A stretch of DNA of 64,000 nt, taken from assembly GCA_041690595.1 (NCBI GenBank), contig JAWLHB010000002.1, positions 62,001 to 126,000 on the forward strand, written 5' to 3'. The DNA comes from Lentisphaeria bacterium. Its GTDB lineage: Bacteria > Verrucomicrobiota > Lentisphaeria > JABSQK01 > JAWLHB01. A model generated the notes under the pieces. It had not been told where the DNA came from, made no database searches, and saw only the letters and a list, made by a program, of their open reading frames with translations. A program made the position numbers and the translations under genes. How positions within the stretch are numbered: the stretch's first letter is position 1; every line of letters begins with the position of its first letter. Shown piece after piece: positions 30,277 to 39,657 of the stretch.

Positions 30277-33141
30277 ATGAGCTATACACGCATCGCCGAC
30301 GCAACCCGATGGCCGATAATACTCTCCCTGGCCGCCACTTTCTTCCTGGCGACCGGCGCTCTGCTCCACGCCCAGTGGCGGGAAACCTTTGCCGACACCT
30401 TCAACGGCCCCACCATCGGCCCCAACTGGCGCTGGACGCAATGCAGCGGCCGCCACTACATCGCCAAAAACCGTCTGAACCTGAGCCACACCGGCTCGGC
30501 CTTGTGCCAGGTGCCGCTGCCGCACGGCGACATGCGCGTGGAGTTCGACCTCTTGCTGCCCGAAAAATCTTGCCCGAGCGGCTCCTCCAAGTCTATGGTG
30601 ATCTGCGAGTTGCGGGGTGGCGAGGTCGGCGGCGGCGGTGCGGACGAGCGCCTGATCTTCACCGCGATTCCCCAAACAGCCTCCGGCGAGGCCTTTGCCG
30701 ACCCCACGGGAATGACGCCTGTTGCCGTGGAGCCCTACCGGCTCGACCTCGACCGCACCTACCGCATCACCATGCAGATCGTCGGCAACACAGCCTCGAT
30801 AGCGGTGGATGGCGTGCCGGTGCAGCAAGGCGACATCAACCCCGCCCACAGTGAAACGAACCGCTTCTTCGTGCTCAGCACCAAGGGGATGAACTCCGTC
30901 CCGGGCAGCGATCCCTCCATCGCCAACTTCGCCATCCATGCTGGCCCCAACGCCATCTCCCGCTTGCCGACCCCGGTGAACGCCGCCGAGAGCAACGCGC
31001 GTGCCACCGTCTTCTCACAGGACTTCATCGAGGATGCCACCAACCCGGGCCCCGACATCCAGAAGGCGATCGACTCGCTGCCCCCCACCGGTGGTTTGGT
31101 GCTCCTTCCGGCCGGCGAGATACCGTTGCGTCGCCACCTTCGCCTCCGCGACAACGTCACTCTCCAGGGGCAGGGCGCCGGGCGAACCATCCTCAAGTGC
31201 GAGCAGGGAGCGCGCGCCACCATCGCCTCTTTCGAGCGCCGGGGAGAGACCTCCATCCTGACTGTCGATGCCGGGGAAGCGACGCGATTCAAGCCTGGCG
31301 ACGGCGTCTGTTACGGTGAAAAATGGGGCCATCCCGGGTCGCTTTATCGGGAGAACAAGGATTGCGTGGTGACCGCCGTCTCCGCCTCGCAAATCACCGT
31401 CCGCGGCGTCGTGCCGGAGACCGATCCAGCGTTCCTCCACCACTTTTTCCCAGCCATTCTCGCACTTGCCGCCGAGTTCGTTGAGGTGAAAGACCTCACC
31501 ATTTCCGGCGGCGATGGCGGCTGGGGCGGTTTCGAGGCGGCGGCAGTCACCTTCGGGCAGCTCGCGGGTAGCCGCATCTCCCGCGTCCACATCACCAACT
31601 GGAACGGCGATGGCCTTTCCCTTCAGACCGGGGCCGACGCTATCTGGGTCGACAATACCGTCACCGGCACCTATCAGGGGTACCATCCCGGCACCATTAC
31701 CCAGCGCTTCCTGTGGAGCCGCAACCTCGGCGTCGGCAACCGCAGCTCCGGCCTCTACTTCTGCTATCAGAATACCGCCGGCATCTACCACCGTGGCACC
31801 GTCGACCGCTTCGATGGACTGGGCTGGCCCCACGACATCTTCAACGTCATCAGCCGCAATGACTCGATTGGCGACGCGGATCTTGCGATAGAGCAGTCCG
31901 AAGGGGGAGGCGGCATTGTCTTCAACAACCGCGCGGCCGGCCTGCGCATCGGCCATGGCAGGGAAGGCGCACCCACCTTTGACTTCCTGGTCGCGCGGAA
32001 CCGGGCCGACAAGCTGACCGTCGTCGAGGGAAAGATCGAGCGCTGCCTGCTCGCCGGCAATGTGGCCCGCTCTGACGCCATGCCGCCACTCGCCGCGCTC
32101 ATGCCCGACAAGAACGCCTTTTCCCCCACCGGCGCGGAGCTGGACCTGACCCGCTACCCGGCCGGATGCGACCGTACTGAGCCGGTTGATCCACCCCACT
32201 TGCCGGAGCCGGTACTCGACGCGCGCGCGTTGTACCAGCCGGGCAAACCCGATGCCGGATTTCAGGCCGGCCTCGACCAGTTGGCCGAAAACGGCGGCAC
32301 CCTGCTCCTTCCTGCTGGACGCTATGCTCTGGGCCAGCCCCTGACCCTCCCATCAGGGGTGACGCTGGCCGGCCGCGGCTTGGCCACCGTGCTCCATGCC
32401 GCCACTCCAGGTGCAACCCATTCCCTGATCGTGGCGGAGAACGCACCCAGCGTAACCGTTCGCGACCTCGTCCTCCTGGGCGAGTACGAACGGCGCGCCT
32501 ACCGTTCCCCCGCCCTCGCTTTTGCCGACGTGGCCAACGGCGCGGTAATCGCCGTCGACGTGCGTGGCTGGGAAGGTACCGGCCTCCAGGCTACCGGCGG
32601 CGCCATACTGGTGCGCGATTCCAGAATACTGGGCTGCGCCGGCGTCGGCCTCGTCTTCAACGACTGCGCCGTCACGTGTGAATCCAGCATCGTCCGCGAA
32701 GCAGCCAGCGGCATCCACATCACCCGGGCCAGTGCCGGTTCCTTCCTGGAGGCTTGCATTGTCGACAACAATCGCGGCCCGGGGATCATGATCGAAGCCT
32801 CTCCCGGCATGGTGATTCAGGCCAACTGCATCGCCCGCAATAACGCCGACGGGATTGCCATCCGAGACTCCGCCGAATGCATGGTGATCGCCAACATGTT
32901 CGCCGAGAACAATCAATCGGGAGCCGCCGACGGGTGCGGGCTCCGCCTGGCCGGCACCACCTCCAGATCCGCCGTGCACTACAACAACTTCCAGGACAAC
33001 CTCATGCAACCCGTCCAGCTGAAGGGCATCGTCGAAGAATCATCTGCCACCGACAACACCATCACCCATAATCTCGGCCGCGCTCTCCTCCAAACCGCCA
33101 GCCCCTCCCCAAAGGTCAACCAGAACCTCTTCTCCAGGTAG
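30277..33141 (+). CDS. Secreted right-handed beta-helix (pectin lyase-like) protein with two beta-helix modules
   Basis: Two module starts (IQKAIDSLPPTGGLVLLPAG...VTLQGQG and FQAGLDQLAENGGTLLLPAGRY...VTLAGRG) with Asn/Gly-rich repeats. N-terminal beta-sandwich. Confidence 0.85.
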   Translation: MSYTRIADATRWPIILSLAATFFLATGALLHAQWRETFADTFNGPTIGPNWRWTQCSGRHYIAKNRLNLSHTGSALCQVPLPHGDMRVEFDLLLPEKSCPSGSSKSMVICELRGGEVGGGGADERLIFTAIPQTASGEAFADPTGMTPVAVEPYRLDLDRTYRITMQIVGNTASIAVDGVPVQQGDINPAHSETNRFFVLSTKGMNSVPGSDPSIANFAIHAGPNAISRLPTPVNAAESNARATVFSQDFIEDATNPGPDIQKAIDSLPPTGGLVLLPAGEIPLRRHLRLRDNVTLQGQGAGRTILKCEQGARATIASFERRGETSILTVDAGEATRFKPGDGVCYGEKWGHPGSLYRENKDCVVTAVSASQITVRGVVPETDPAFLHHFFPAILALAAEFVEVKDLTISGGDGGWGGFEAAAVTFGQLAGSRISRVHITNWNGDGLSLQTGADAIWVDNTVTGTYQGYHPGTITQRFLWSRNLGVGNRSSGLYFCYQNTAGIYHRGTVDRFDGLGWPHDIFNVISRNDSIGDADLAIEQSEGGGGIVFNNRAAGLRIGHGREGAPTFDFLVARNRADKLTVVEGKIERCLLAGNVARSDAMPPLAALMPDKNAFSPTGAELDLTRYPAGCDRTEPVDPPHLPEPVLDARALYQPGKPDAGFQAGLDQLAENGGTLLLPAGRYALGQPLTLPSGVTLAGRGLATVLHAATPGATHSLIVAENAPSVTVRDLVLLGEYERRAYRSPALAFADVANGAVIAVDVRGWEGTGLQATGGAILVRDSRILGCAGVGLVFNDCAVTCESSIVREAASGIHITRASAGSFLEACIVDNNRGPGIMIEASPGMVIQANCIARNNADGIAIRDSAECMVIANMFAENNQSGAADGCGLRLAGTTSRSAVHYNNFQDNLMQPVQLKGIVEESSATDNTITHNLGRALLQTASPSPKVNQNLFSR

Positions 33142-33151
33142 CAAGTAAGCG

Positions 33152-33526
33152 TTACTGATAGTGCTTCTCAACCGTTGACTCGGTTCCGACTTCACGTCGC
33201 GTTCGCGTCTTCATGGGCAAGGAAGAAAAATAACCACACAACGTGGCATCTACATATACGGGCCACCAAGGTTCAAAAATCGTTCCGATTGCGATCATGA
33301 AAAGGATAAATACTAAGCAAAGTGATAAAACGACACAGATCTGCAAGCTTACCAATTTAGCAGTAATAGCGTGCTTGGAACCGTAAAAGAGAAAAGTACA
33401 ACAAATCAAGAAAAATCCTATCGATCCGAAAACAAGATGCACATTTGGAGCTGCCAGAAAGGAAGATCCAAGAAACAGCAGGTACCAAACCATAACGTAC
33501 CGCACGCTATGAAACTGGCACTTCAT
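33152..33526 (-). CDS. AT-rich small membrane protein, hypothetical
   Basis: Three to four hydrophobic helices. Visibly lower GC than its neighbours. Start ATG 33526 or TTG 33538. Confidence 0.5.
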   Translation of the reverse strand: MKCQFHSVRYVMVWYLLFLGSSFLAAPNVHLVFGSIGFFLICCTFLFYGSKHAITAKLVSLQICVVLSLCLVFILFMIAIGTIFEPWWPVYVDATLCGYFSSLPMKTRTRREVGTESTVEKHYQ

Positions 33527-33581
33527 ATGATCAGCCAAGCCAAGGGTTTTGTCGGTTTGCGATCCTTCCTTAAAGGCGACA

Positions 33582-34616
33582 TTACGACAGGGTTTGCAGG
33601 AGTTGGCGAACAGCAGTCAGAAGATCGTCCATATAGCCGAGACCGGACTGGCGTTCTTCATCGGGCAGGTCGACAGGAAAGCCGCAGCGGCTGAGCTGGT
33701 CGGCCGCGCGGGTACGCATGCATTTGCGCAGTTGAGACATCTGGAGCATGGGGGAGAGGTCGTCGAAGGGACCGGGGCGAATGCATAGCCAGATCGATGC
33801 GAGCGCGGCGAAGAGCGGGGGCCAGCCCATCCAGACCGGAGCGCGCTCCTGTACCCCCAGCAGTTGATACCAGGTAGCCGGATGGGGCAGCCAATAGTGA
33901 TATTTGCGCCCTTGGCGACGACCCCGGACCAGGCCGGACTGAGACATCTCGCCCAGGGCGTCCTGAATGGTGCGCGGGAAGTAGTAGGTGTCGCGAGCCA
34001 CGTCGCTGGCATTCGTCCTGACGTGGGTGAGAAGATACAGGATGATCTCGCAACGGGCGTTGACGCCGGCAAAGGCGCGCAGGCGTAGCCAGAGTGGCGC
34101 AATTCCGGTCGCGGGGAAGCTCTGGGACATGCCGCGCGTCTCGATCGAACTGCGCAGCCAGCCGCGAGCTGCAAAGGTCCCATCCGGCTGGCCAATGATC
34201 GGCAAGGGGGTGCCGTCAGGGCGACGGAAGAGATACTCGTCGTCCTCTTCCCGTTCGGCCCGCGGTTCGGCCAGGCGCTTCCATTTGCTCGTCGTTCCTC
34301 TTTCCGCCATGACGGCTGCCAGGGTGGCAAGGATGTCGCAGCCGGCAAAATGTTCCTCGTGCATGACGGTCTTCAGGCGCTGAATGTTGACGAAACGCTC
34401 GTTGGCGATCAGCCAGTCGAGGACCTCGTCAAAGAGGCGCGGATCGTATCGGCCGATGGTGCAGGTGAAGGCGAGCAAAGCCTCAGGATCCATCGGCCAG
34501 GGGTGCTCGACGTCCGACGCATGTCCAGCCAGCCCCAGCGCCGACCATTGCCGCCAGAGCAGATCCAGCAGATTCCGGAGGTAATCGGCCCTAAAGTCTT
34601 TCAGCAATATCGTCAT
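33582..34616 (-). CDS. Hypothetical protein with internal winged-helix domain (possible antitoxin or regulator)
   Basis: RBS AGGAG. N-terminal LWRQWSALG...DPEALL...YDPRLFDEVLDW. wHTH-like segment RCEIILYLL...ASDVARDTYYFPRTIQDALGEMSQSGLV...RQGRKYHY. Confidence 0.7.
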   Translation of the reverse strand: MTILLKDFRADYLRNLLDLLWRQWSALGLAGHASDVEHPWPMDPEALLAFTCTIGRYDPRLFDEVLDWLIANERFVNIQRLKTVMHEEHFAGCDILATLAAVMAERGTTSKWKRLAEPRAEREEDDEYLFRRPDGTPLPIIGQPDGTFAARGWLRSSIETRGMSQSFPATGIAPLWLRLRAFAGVNARCEIILYLLTHVRTNASDVARDTYYFPRTIQDALGEMSQSGLVRGRRQGRKYHYWLPHPATWYQLLGVQERAPVWMGWPPLFAALASIWLCIRPGPFDDLSPMLQMSQLRKCMRTRAADQLSRCGFPVDLPDEERQSGLGYMDDLLTAVRQLLQTLS

Positions 34617-34741
34617 GGCCACAACTCCTGAAGAACTGGCGCAGCAGTAAAGCAAAACCGTCAGAGGGATCGTAGGTCCGCACCCAACGAGCAGCGGCTT
34701 CCAGTTCATCGCCCGTCGGTTGCAGTGCAAGGAGATCATCG

Positions 34742-34783
34742 TGATAGTTGTTCCATTACTATATAATGGAACAACTATCATTC
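34742..34783 (-). promoter_or_regulatory. Perfect 17-bp inverted-repeat operator overlapping a minus-strand promoter
   Basis: TGATAGTTGTTCCATTA-ctata-TAATGGAACAACTATCA. The minus strand reads TTGAAT - 16 bp - TATAGT across it. Confidence 0.75.
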
Positions 34784-34947
34784 AAAGGGTTGCAGGCACG
34801 GACTCTAACGGTAGACCACCAAAACAGAAACCTGATCAAACGGCTCGGGCAAAATTGTTGGCGATGGTGGACATGGGGAGGGTGGTGGGGTATACGTTGT
34901 GCAGGTCATTTTCGGTAAAGATAACGCGATACATCAAGGGGAAGATC

Positions 34948-35856
34948 ATGTACGATTACAGCCGCGAGAGCATCCGCATCGGTACGCTGGCGCCGGGCAG
35001 CGCCAAGACGGGAGACTACATCTCGCAGATCCTGCACCACGGGTTCGAGAGCTTTCAGATCAACTTCTGGCAGACACTGCCGACGGATATCAAGCTGCCG
35101 GAAATCGCCAGTCGGGTCAAGGAGGCTTTGGGTGATTCCGGCGCTGTGATCAGTTGCCTGGGCATCTTCGGCAATCCGCTGGAGACGCAGCCCAAGGATC
35201 TGGAGACGCTCGACGGTTGGAAGCAGTGCATCGACAATGCGCACCTCTTCGGTTGCGACCTGGTCTGCGGCTTCACCGGCCGGCTGCGCGGCAAGGCGAT
35301 CGACGAATCGATCCCGCGCTTCAAGGAGGTCTTCAGCGACCTGGTGAAGCGGGCGGAAGACAAGGGTATCCGGCTGGCCTTCGAGAACTGCGACATGGGC
35401 GGCACCTGGAGCACCGGCGACTGGAACATCGCCCACAACCCGACGGCCTGGCAGATGATGTTCGACGCGGTTCCCAGCGACGCCCTGGGGCTGGAATGGG
35501 AGCCCTGCCACCAGATGGTCAGCCTCATCGATCCGATGCCACAGCTGCGCAAGTGGGTGGGCAAGATCTTTCACCTGCACGGCAAGGACTGCACCATTCA
35601 CTGGGATGTCGTGCGCGAGTTCGGCATTCACGGGCCGAAGCCGTTCGCCTTCCACCGTACGCCGGGCTTTGGCGACAGCAACTGGACCGATATCGTCAGC
35701 GACCTGCGCAAGGGCGGCTTCACGGGGTCGATCGATATCGAAGGTTGGCACGATCCCGTCTACCGCGGCGATCTGGAGATGACCGGCCAGGTTCACGGAC
35801 TGCATTATCTGAAGCAGTGCCGCGGCGGCCATTTCATCGACAATCCCACGACCTGA
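34948..35856 (+). CDS. Sugar phosphate isomerase/epimerase (AP endonuclease 2-type TIM barrel)
   Basis: IRLAFENC, GLEWEPCH, FHLHGKD, PGFGDSNW, GFTGSIDIE. Confidence 0.9.
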   Translation: MYDYSRESIRIGTLAPGSAKTGDYISQILHHGFESFQINFWQTLPTDIKLPEIASRVKEALGDSGAVISCLGIFGNPLETQPKDLETLDGWKQCIDNAHLFGCDLVCGFTGRLRGKAIDESIPRFKEVFSDLVKRAEDKGIRLAFENCDMGGTWSTGDWNIAHNPTAWQMMFDAVPSDALGLEWEPCHQMVSLIDPMPQLRKWVGKIFHLHGKDCTIHWDVVREFGIHGPKPFAFHRTPGFGDSNWTDIVSDLRKGGFTGSIDIEGWHDPVYRGDLEMTGQVHGLHYLKQCRGGHFIDNPTT

Positions 35857-35871
35857 TCCACCTCGGAACAC

Positions 35872-35902
35872 GGCGAAACCGGGGGCCGGCTCCGGTTTCG
35901 CC
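35872..35902 (+). other. Intergenic GC-rich hairpin without U-tract
   Basis: 11-bp stem GGCGAAACCGG / CCGGTTTCGCC between co-oriented genes. Confidence 0.5.
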
Positions 35903-35915
35903 ACGGGAGTCCCGC

Positions 35916-36977
35916 ATGAAGATCCTCTCGCACACGATCATCTATCGTGACGCAGCGTGGTACGCCACCTTTCCCTGCCTGACACGTACGCTCAAAGGCG
36001 ACCTGCTCTGCGGATTCCGTCGTGCGCCCCGCGAAGCGGAAGGGCACAGCCACCTGCATTCGCGCTCGCGCGCCATGTTTGTGCGCAGCAGCGACGACGG
36101 CGAAAGCTGGTCGGCCCCGGCGGCCATCTGCCCCCAGGATGAGCTGGGCCAGCAGGATCCGCAACTGGCAACCCTCTCGAACGGGAGGATGATCGCCAGC
36201 TTCTTTCGCTGGCAGGCTCATGCGCCCACCGAGACGGAAAGCGTCGTCGGCCTGCGCACGCACACGAGCAAAGGCTGTCTGTGGAGCAATGCGGGGGTCG
36301 CCAGCTGCATCAGCAACGATCATGGCCGGACGTGGAGCGATCTGGTGCGGCTGCCGATGCCGTGGCAGGAACGTGGTGGTGCGTCGCGGGCGCCGGCCGT
36401 GGAGCTGCCCGGCGGCCGTCTCCTTCTGCCCTGCTATGGCAACGACGGCAGCATGACACCCGACAAGGCGTACCTGATGCGCAGTGACGACCAGGGAGCA
36501 AGCTGGCAATTCCATGCGGTCATGGCGGAGAGCGGCGATGCCGCCGACCCTTTCCAGTGCCAGGAACCCTACGTGGTGCTGACTGCCGGCGGCGACCTGA
36601 TCTGCTTCCTGCGCAGCTATGGCGAAGGTGGCCGCATGCGGATGACTCGCAGCAGGGACGGCGGCGAGAGCTGGAGCCCGGTTGTGGAGACCGGCGTCTG
36701 GGGCTTTCCGCAGACGGCGCTGAGGCTGACGGATGGACGTATCCTCCTGGCGTACGGGCACCGGCGCGCCCCCCTTGGCGTGCGCGCCCGTCTCCTGGAT
36801 GCCGACGGCGCCAATGTGGAGCAGGCACCCGAGATCGGCATCCGCGAAGATGGCGTCAGCACCGACCTGGGCTACCCGACCGCCATACAGCGCCGCGATG
36901 GAAGCATCCTGCTGGCTTATTACATTCATCTGGGTGACGGCATCCGCCATATTGCCGCCACCCTCCTGGAGCCCTGA
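35916..36977 (+). CDS. Sialidase-family (BNR/Asp-box) beta-propeller protein
   Basis: Four Asp-boxes (SSDDGESWS, SNDHGRTWS, SDDQGASWQ, SRDGGESWS). YATFP at the N-terminus and DLGYP near the C-terminus. Confidence 0.85.
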   Translation: MKILSHTIIYRDAAWYATFPCLTRTLKGDLLCGFRRAPREAEGHSHLHSRSRAMFVRSSDDGESWSAPAAICPQDELGQQDPQLATLSNGRMIASFFRWQAHAPTETESVVGLRTHTSKGCLWSNAGVASCISNDHGRTWSDLVRLPMPWQERGGASRAPAVELPGGRLLLPCYGNDGSMTPDKAYLMRSDDQGASWQFHAVMAESGDAADPFQCQEPYVVLTAGGDLICFLRSYGEGGRMRMTRSRDGGESWSPVVETGVWGFPQTALRLTDGRILLAYGHRRAPLGVRARLLDADGANVEQAPEIGIREDGVSTDLGYPTAIQRRDGSILLAYYIHLGDGIRHIAATLLEP

Positions 36978-36989
36978 CGCGGAGCGCGG

Positions 36990-38618
36990 TCAGCGATCCT
37001 TCAGCCATTCCTTGATGATGGCCTTGTCGGGGATCTGACCGGCGCTCTTGAGCTGATAGCGGGCGATGACCACGGCCGGAGTCTGCTCGGGAAGGACACC
37101 GAATGCAAGCATCTGCTCGCGGTCGGTGATGGCACAGATCTCGGTGGTGTCGCCCAACTCGGTGACCGCGGTTTCGACACTCTCGCGCAGCTTCCGCACC
37201 GCATCGGCGCTGGGGTCACCGAGGATGTAGAGCGTCTGCCGCTTCTCGCGGATCTTGAGGCGCAGCTTCTCGAGGATGCGCTTCTGAACGGCCGCCACCA
37301 GCTCGTCGCGGGAGGGGATGCGCGACACGAAGGTGATCTGGCCGTCGATGCAGATGGTGGGGATGTTCTTCACCATCAGCGAGGTCATGAAGACCAGCGC
37401 TTCGCGGTACTTGATCTTGTGTTCCCGCCATTCCACGATGCCTTCGAAGTGAGGCGCCACCGCCTTCACCGATTCGACCATGTACTGGCAGGGCGCGCAG
37501 GCTTCCGAGTCCAGCGTGATGATGTCGACGATCACCTTGTTGCTCAAACCGTACTCGCGCAGATCGAGGGCGTTGTCTTCCAGTGCGCTTGCCTGGAGGG
37601 TCCGGGCGATATCGCGCTCATAAGGGTCATGCACTACCCGCGCGACAGCCTCGAGATTCTCCGGTGGCGTGGCATAAGGCAAATCACAGCCGGGGGCGAG
37701 GATGAAGCCGCGCAGCTTGCCGATGTCCATGCAGGCGAGGGCATTGCGCTGTGCATCCTGCGGCTTGCCAAGGAGCAGCACCGTCGTCAACTGCATGTTG
37801 CCGCCGAAACTGATGCCGCGGGCGAGGCACTGCTCGGCCACGAAGTCGAGCGGGATATTCTCATCCACCGACACATTGTCGGGGCGGCACTCGCACATGG
37901 CCTCGATATTCTGCTGCGCATGGCCGCAGACGAAGAAGGAGCTGAGGGCGCCCAAGCGGCGAATCTCGTCGAAGAGCGGCTTCATGTGAGGCGAGACAAA
38001 GGCGCGGAACTGCTGCGGGCCGATCTGGCTGGTCATCGGGTCGACGACGGCGATGACATCGCAACCCGCCTCGATGTAGTAGCCGGCAAGAGCCTTGCCC
38101 ACCTCCGAGCCAAAGGCCATCAGCTCCTTGACCGACTCCTCATCCTCGAACATGCGCATGAAGATCTCGGTGCCGAGCAGGTGCAGCGCGAGGGTGAAGG
38201 GGCCGGTGATGAGACCGTACAACGCGAGGTCCGGGTACATCCGGCGCAGTCGCCGCGTCGCCCCGAGCGCGATCGGCAAGCGCCCGTCGGTCGCTTTGGG
38301 GATGGACAGATCCGCCAGATTGACGCCATCGTTCAGGACGTGGCTGATCACGGCAGGCGGATTCTCCGCGGACCAGTTCAGCTTGCTGCCGAAGATCTCG
38401 GCCTCGATCTGCAGATCGAAAACCACCGGAATGCCATCCGGCTGGTAGCGCTCGATCGCACTGGCAATACCGTTGACGATGTGCTCCTCGCTCTTCAGGA
38501 ACTCTTCCGCGCTGACCCCGATCAGCGCGCCGGCGTGGCAGCCGACAAATGGCACCCATGGCGTCCGTTCCACCTCTTCGCAGTGGAATGCCTTGACGAT
38601 GATCTCCTTCCCCTTCAT
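36990..38618 (-). CDS. URO-D / MtaA-CmuA family protein fused to C-terminal thioredoxin-like domains
   Basis: PWVPFVG, DLQIEAE, GPFTLA, FVCG, GGN, FILAPGCDLPYATPPENL. Then ACAPC and a second Trx-like segment. Confidence 0.85.
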   Translation of the reverse strand: MKGKEIIVKAFHCEEVERTPWVPFVGCHAGALIGVSAEEFLKSEEHIVNGIASAIERYQPDGIPVVFDLQIEAEIFGSKLNWSAENPPAVISHVLNDGVNLADLSIPKATDGRLPIALGATRRLRRMYPDLALYGLITGPFTLALHLLGTEIFMRMFEDEESVKELMAFGSEVGKALAGYYIEAGCDVIAVVDPMTSQIGPQQFRAFVSPHMKPLFDEIRRLGALSSFFVCGHAQQNIEAMCECRPDNVSVDENIPLDFVAEQCLARGISFGGNMQLTTVLLLGKPQDAQRNALACMDIGKLRGFILAPGCDLPYATPPENLEAVARVVHDPYERDIARTLQASALEDNALDLREYGLSNKVIVDIITLDSEACAPCQYMVESVKAVAPHFEGIVEWREHKIKYREALVFMTSLMVKNIPTICIDGQITFVSRIPSRDELVAAVQKRILEKLRLKIREKRQTLYILGDPSADAVRKLRESVETAVTELGDTTEICAITDREQMLAFGVLPEQTPAVVIARYQLKSAGQIPDKAIIKEWLKDR

Positions 38619-38904
38619 CTTCCCCAGTCTCCCCTGTAGTCCCAATTGACACTTTGGCGACAGTCCGCCGCAAACAGCTAAAGTAGACCGACACCTCAGC
38701 CTTTCCATGCCGTCTCGACGATTTCACAACGTGAAAAAGCGGTCGCCCTGTCCACGCGATGGCACAATGCGCTGGTGTGGCCGGCTGAAGTAGATTTTTT
38801 CGGGCGAATGTGCTTGCGAGTGGCGGCTTCGCGGCGATAGTCTCTGAGAGCGAAAGCCCGCCGCATGCCAGGGCCATTTTTCATCATTCAGCACCGGAAG
38901 ATCC

Positions 38905-39657
38905 ATGGGAGCCCCACTTCGCGCCGTCGCCGTCATTCCCGCGCGCCATGCCAGCACGCGCTTTCCAGGCAAACCTCTGGCGCTCATCGCCGGAAAACCC
39001 ATGATCCAGCGGGTCTACGAGCGCGTGCTCCAGGCGAAGCGCGTCGACCGGGTGATCGTCGCCACGGACGACGAGCGCATCCGCGCCTGCGTTCAGGCCT
39101 TTGGCGGGCAGGCGATGATGACCGCCGCGGACCATCCGACCGGCACCGACCGTATTGCCGAAGCGGTCCGAGAGATCGATGCGGATCTGGTCCTCAACGT
39201 GCAGGGAGACGAACCGCTGATCCCCCCTTCCGTACTCGACGACCTGCTGGCGCACATGCAGGCGCACCCGGAGTTGCCGATGGGAACGGTGGCCGTGCCG
39301 ATCGATCCCGACGGTCCCGACTTTGCGGACCCGAACGTGGTCAAGGTGGTTCTGGATCGCGAGCAGCGAGCGCTCTATTTCAGCCGGTCGCCGATACCCT
39401 ATGCGCGAGGCGAGCGGGGAGCCGGCGCGCAGCCGCTGCATCACTGGGGCGTCTACGCCTATCGTCGCGACTTTCTTTACGCGTTCATCGGTTGGCCGCA
39501 GGGCACGCTGGAAGAATGCGAGAAGCTGGAGCAGTTGCGGGCGCTGGAGCATGGGGCGCGCATCTTCGTTCACATCAGTCATGAACACCCGGTCGGAGTC
39601 GATGTACCCGCCGACGTCGCCAGGGTGGAAGCGCTCTTGAAGGAGATGGAAGGATGA
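38905..39657 (+). CDS. kdsB: 3-deoxy-manno-octulosonate cytidylyltransferase
   Basis: VIPARHASTRFPGKPL, VATDDERI, GTDR, NVQGDEP, ALYFSR, EKLEQLRALE. Confidence 0.97.
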   Translation: MGAPLRAVAVIPARHASTRFPGKPLALIAGKPMIQRVYERVLQAKRVDRVIVATDDERIRACVQAFGGQAMMTAADHPTGTDRIAEAVREIDADLVLNVQGDEPLIPPSVLDDLLAHMQAHPELPMGTVAVPIDPDGPDFADPNVVKVVLDREQRALYFSRSPIPYARGERGAGAQPLHHWGVYAYRRDFLYAFIGWPQGTLEECEKLEQLRALEHGARIFVHISHEHPVGVDVPADVARVEALLKEMEG

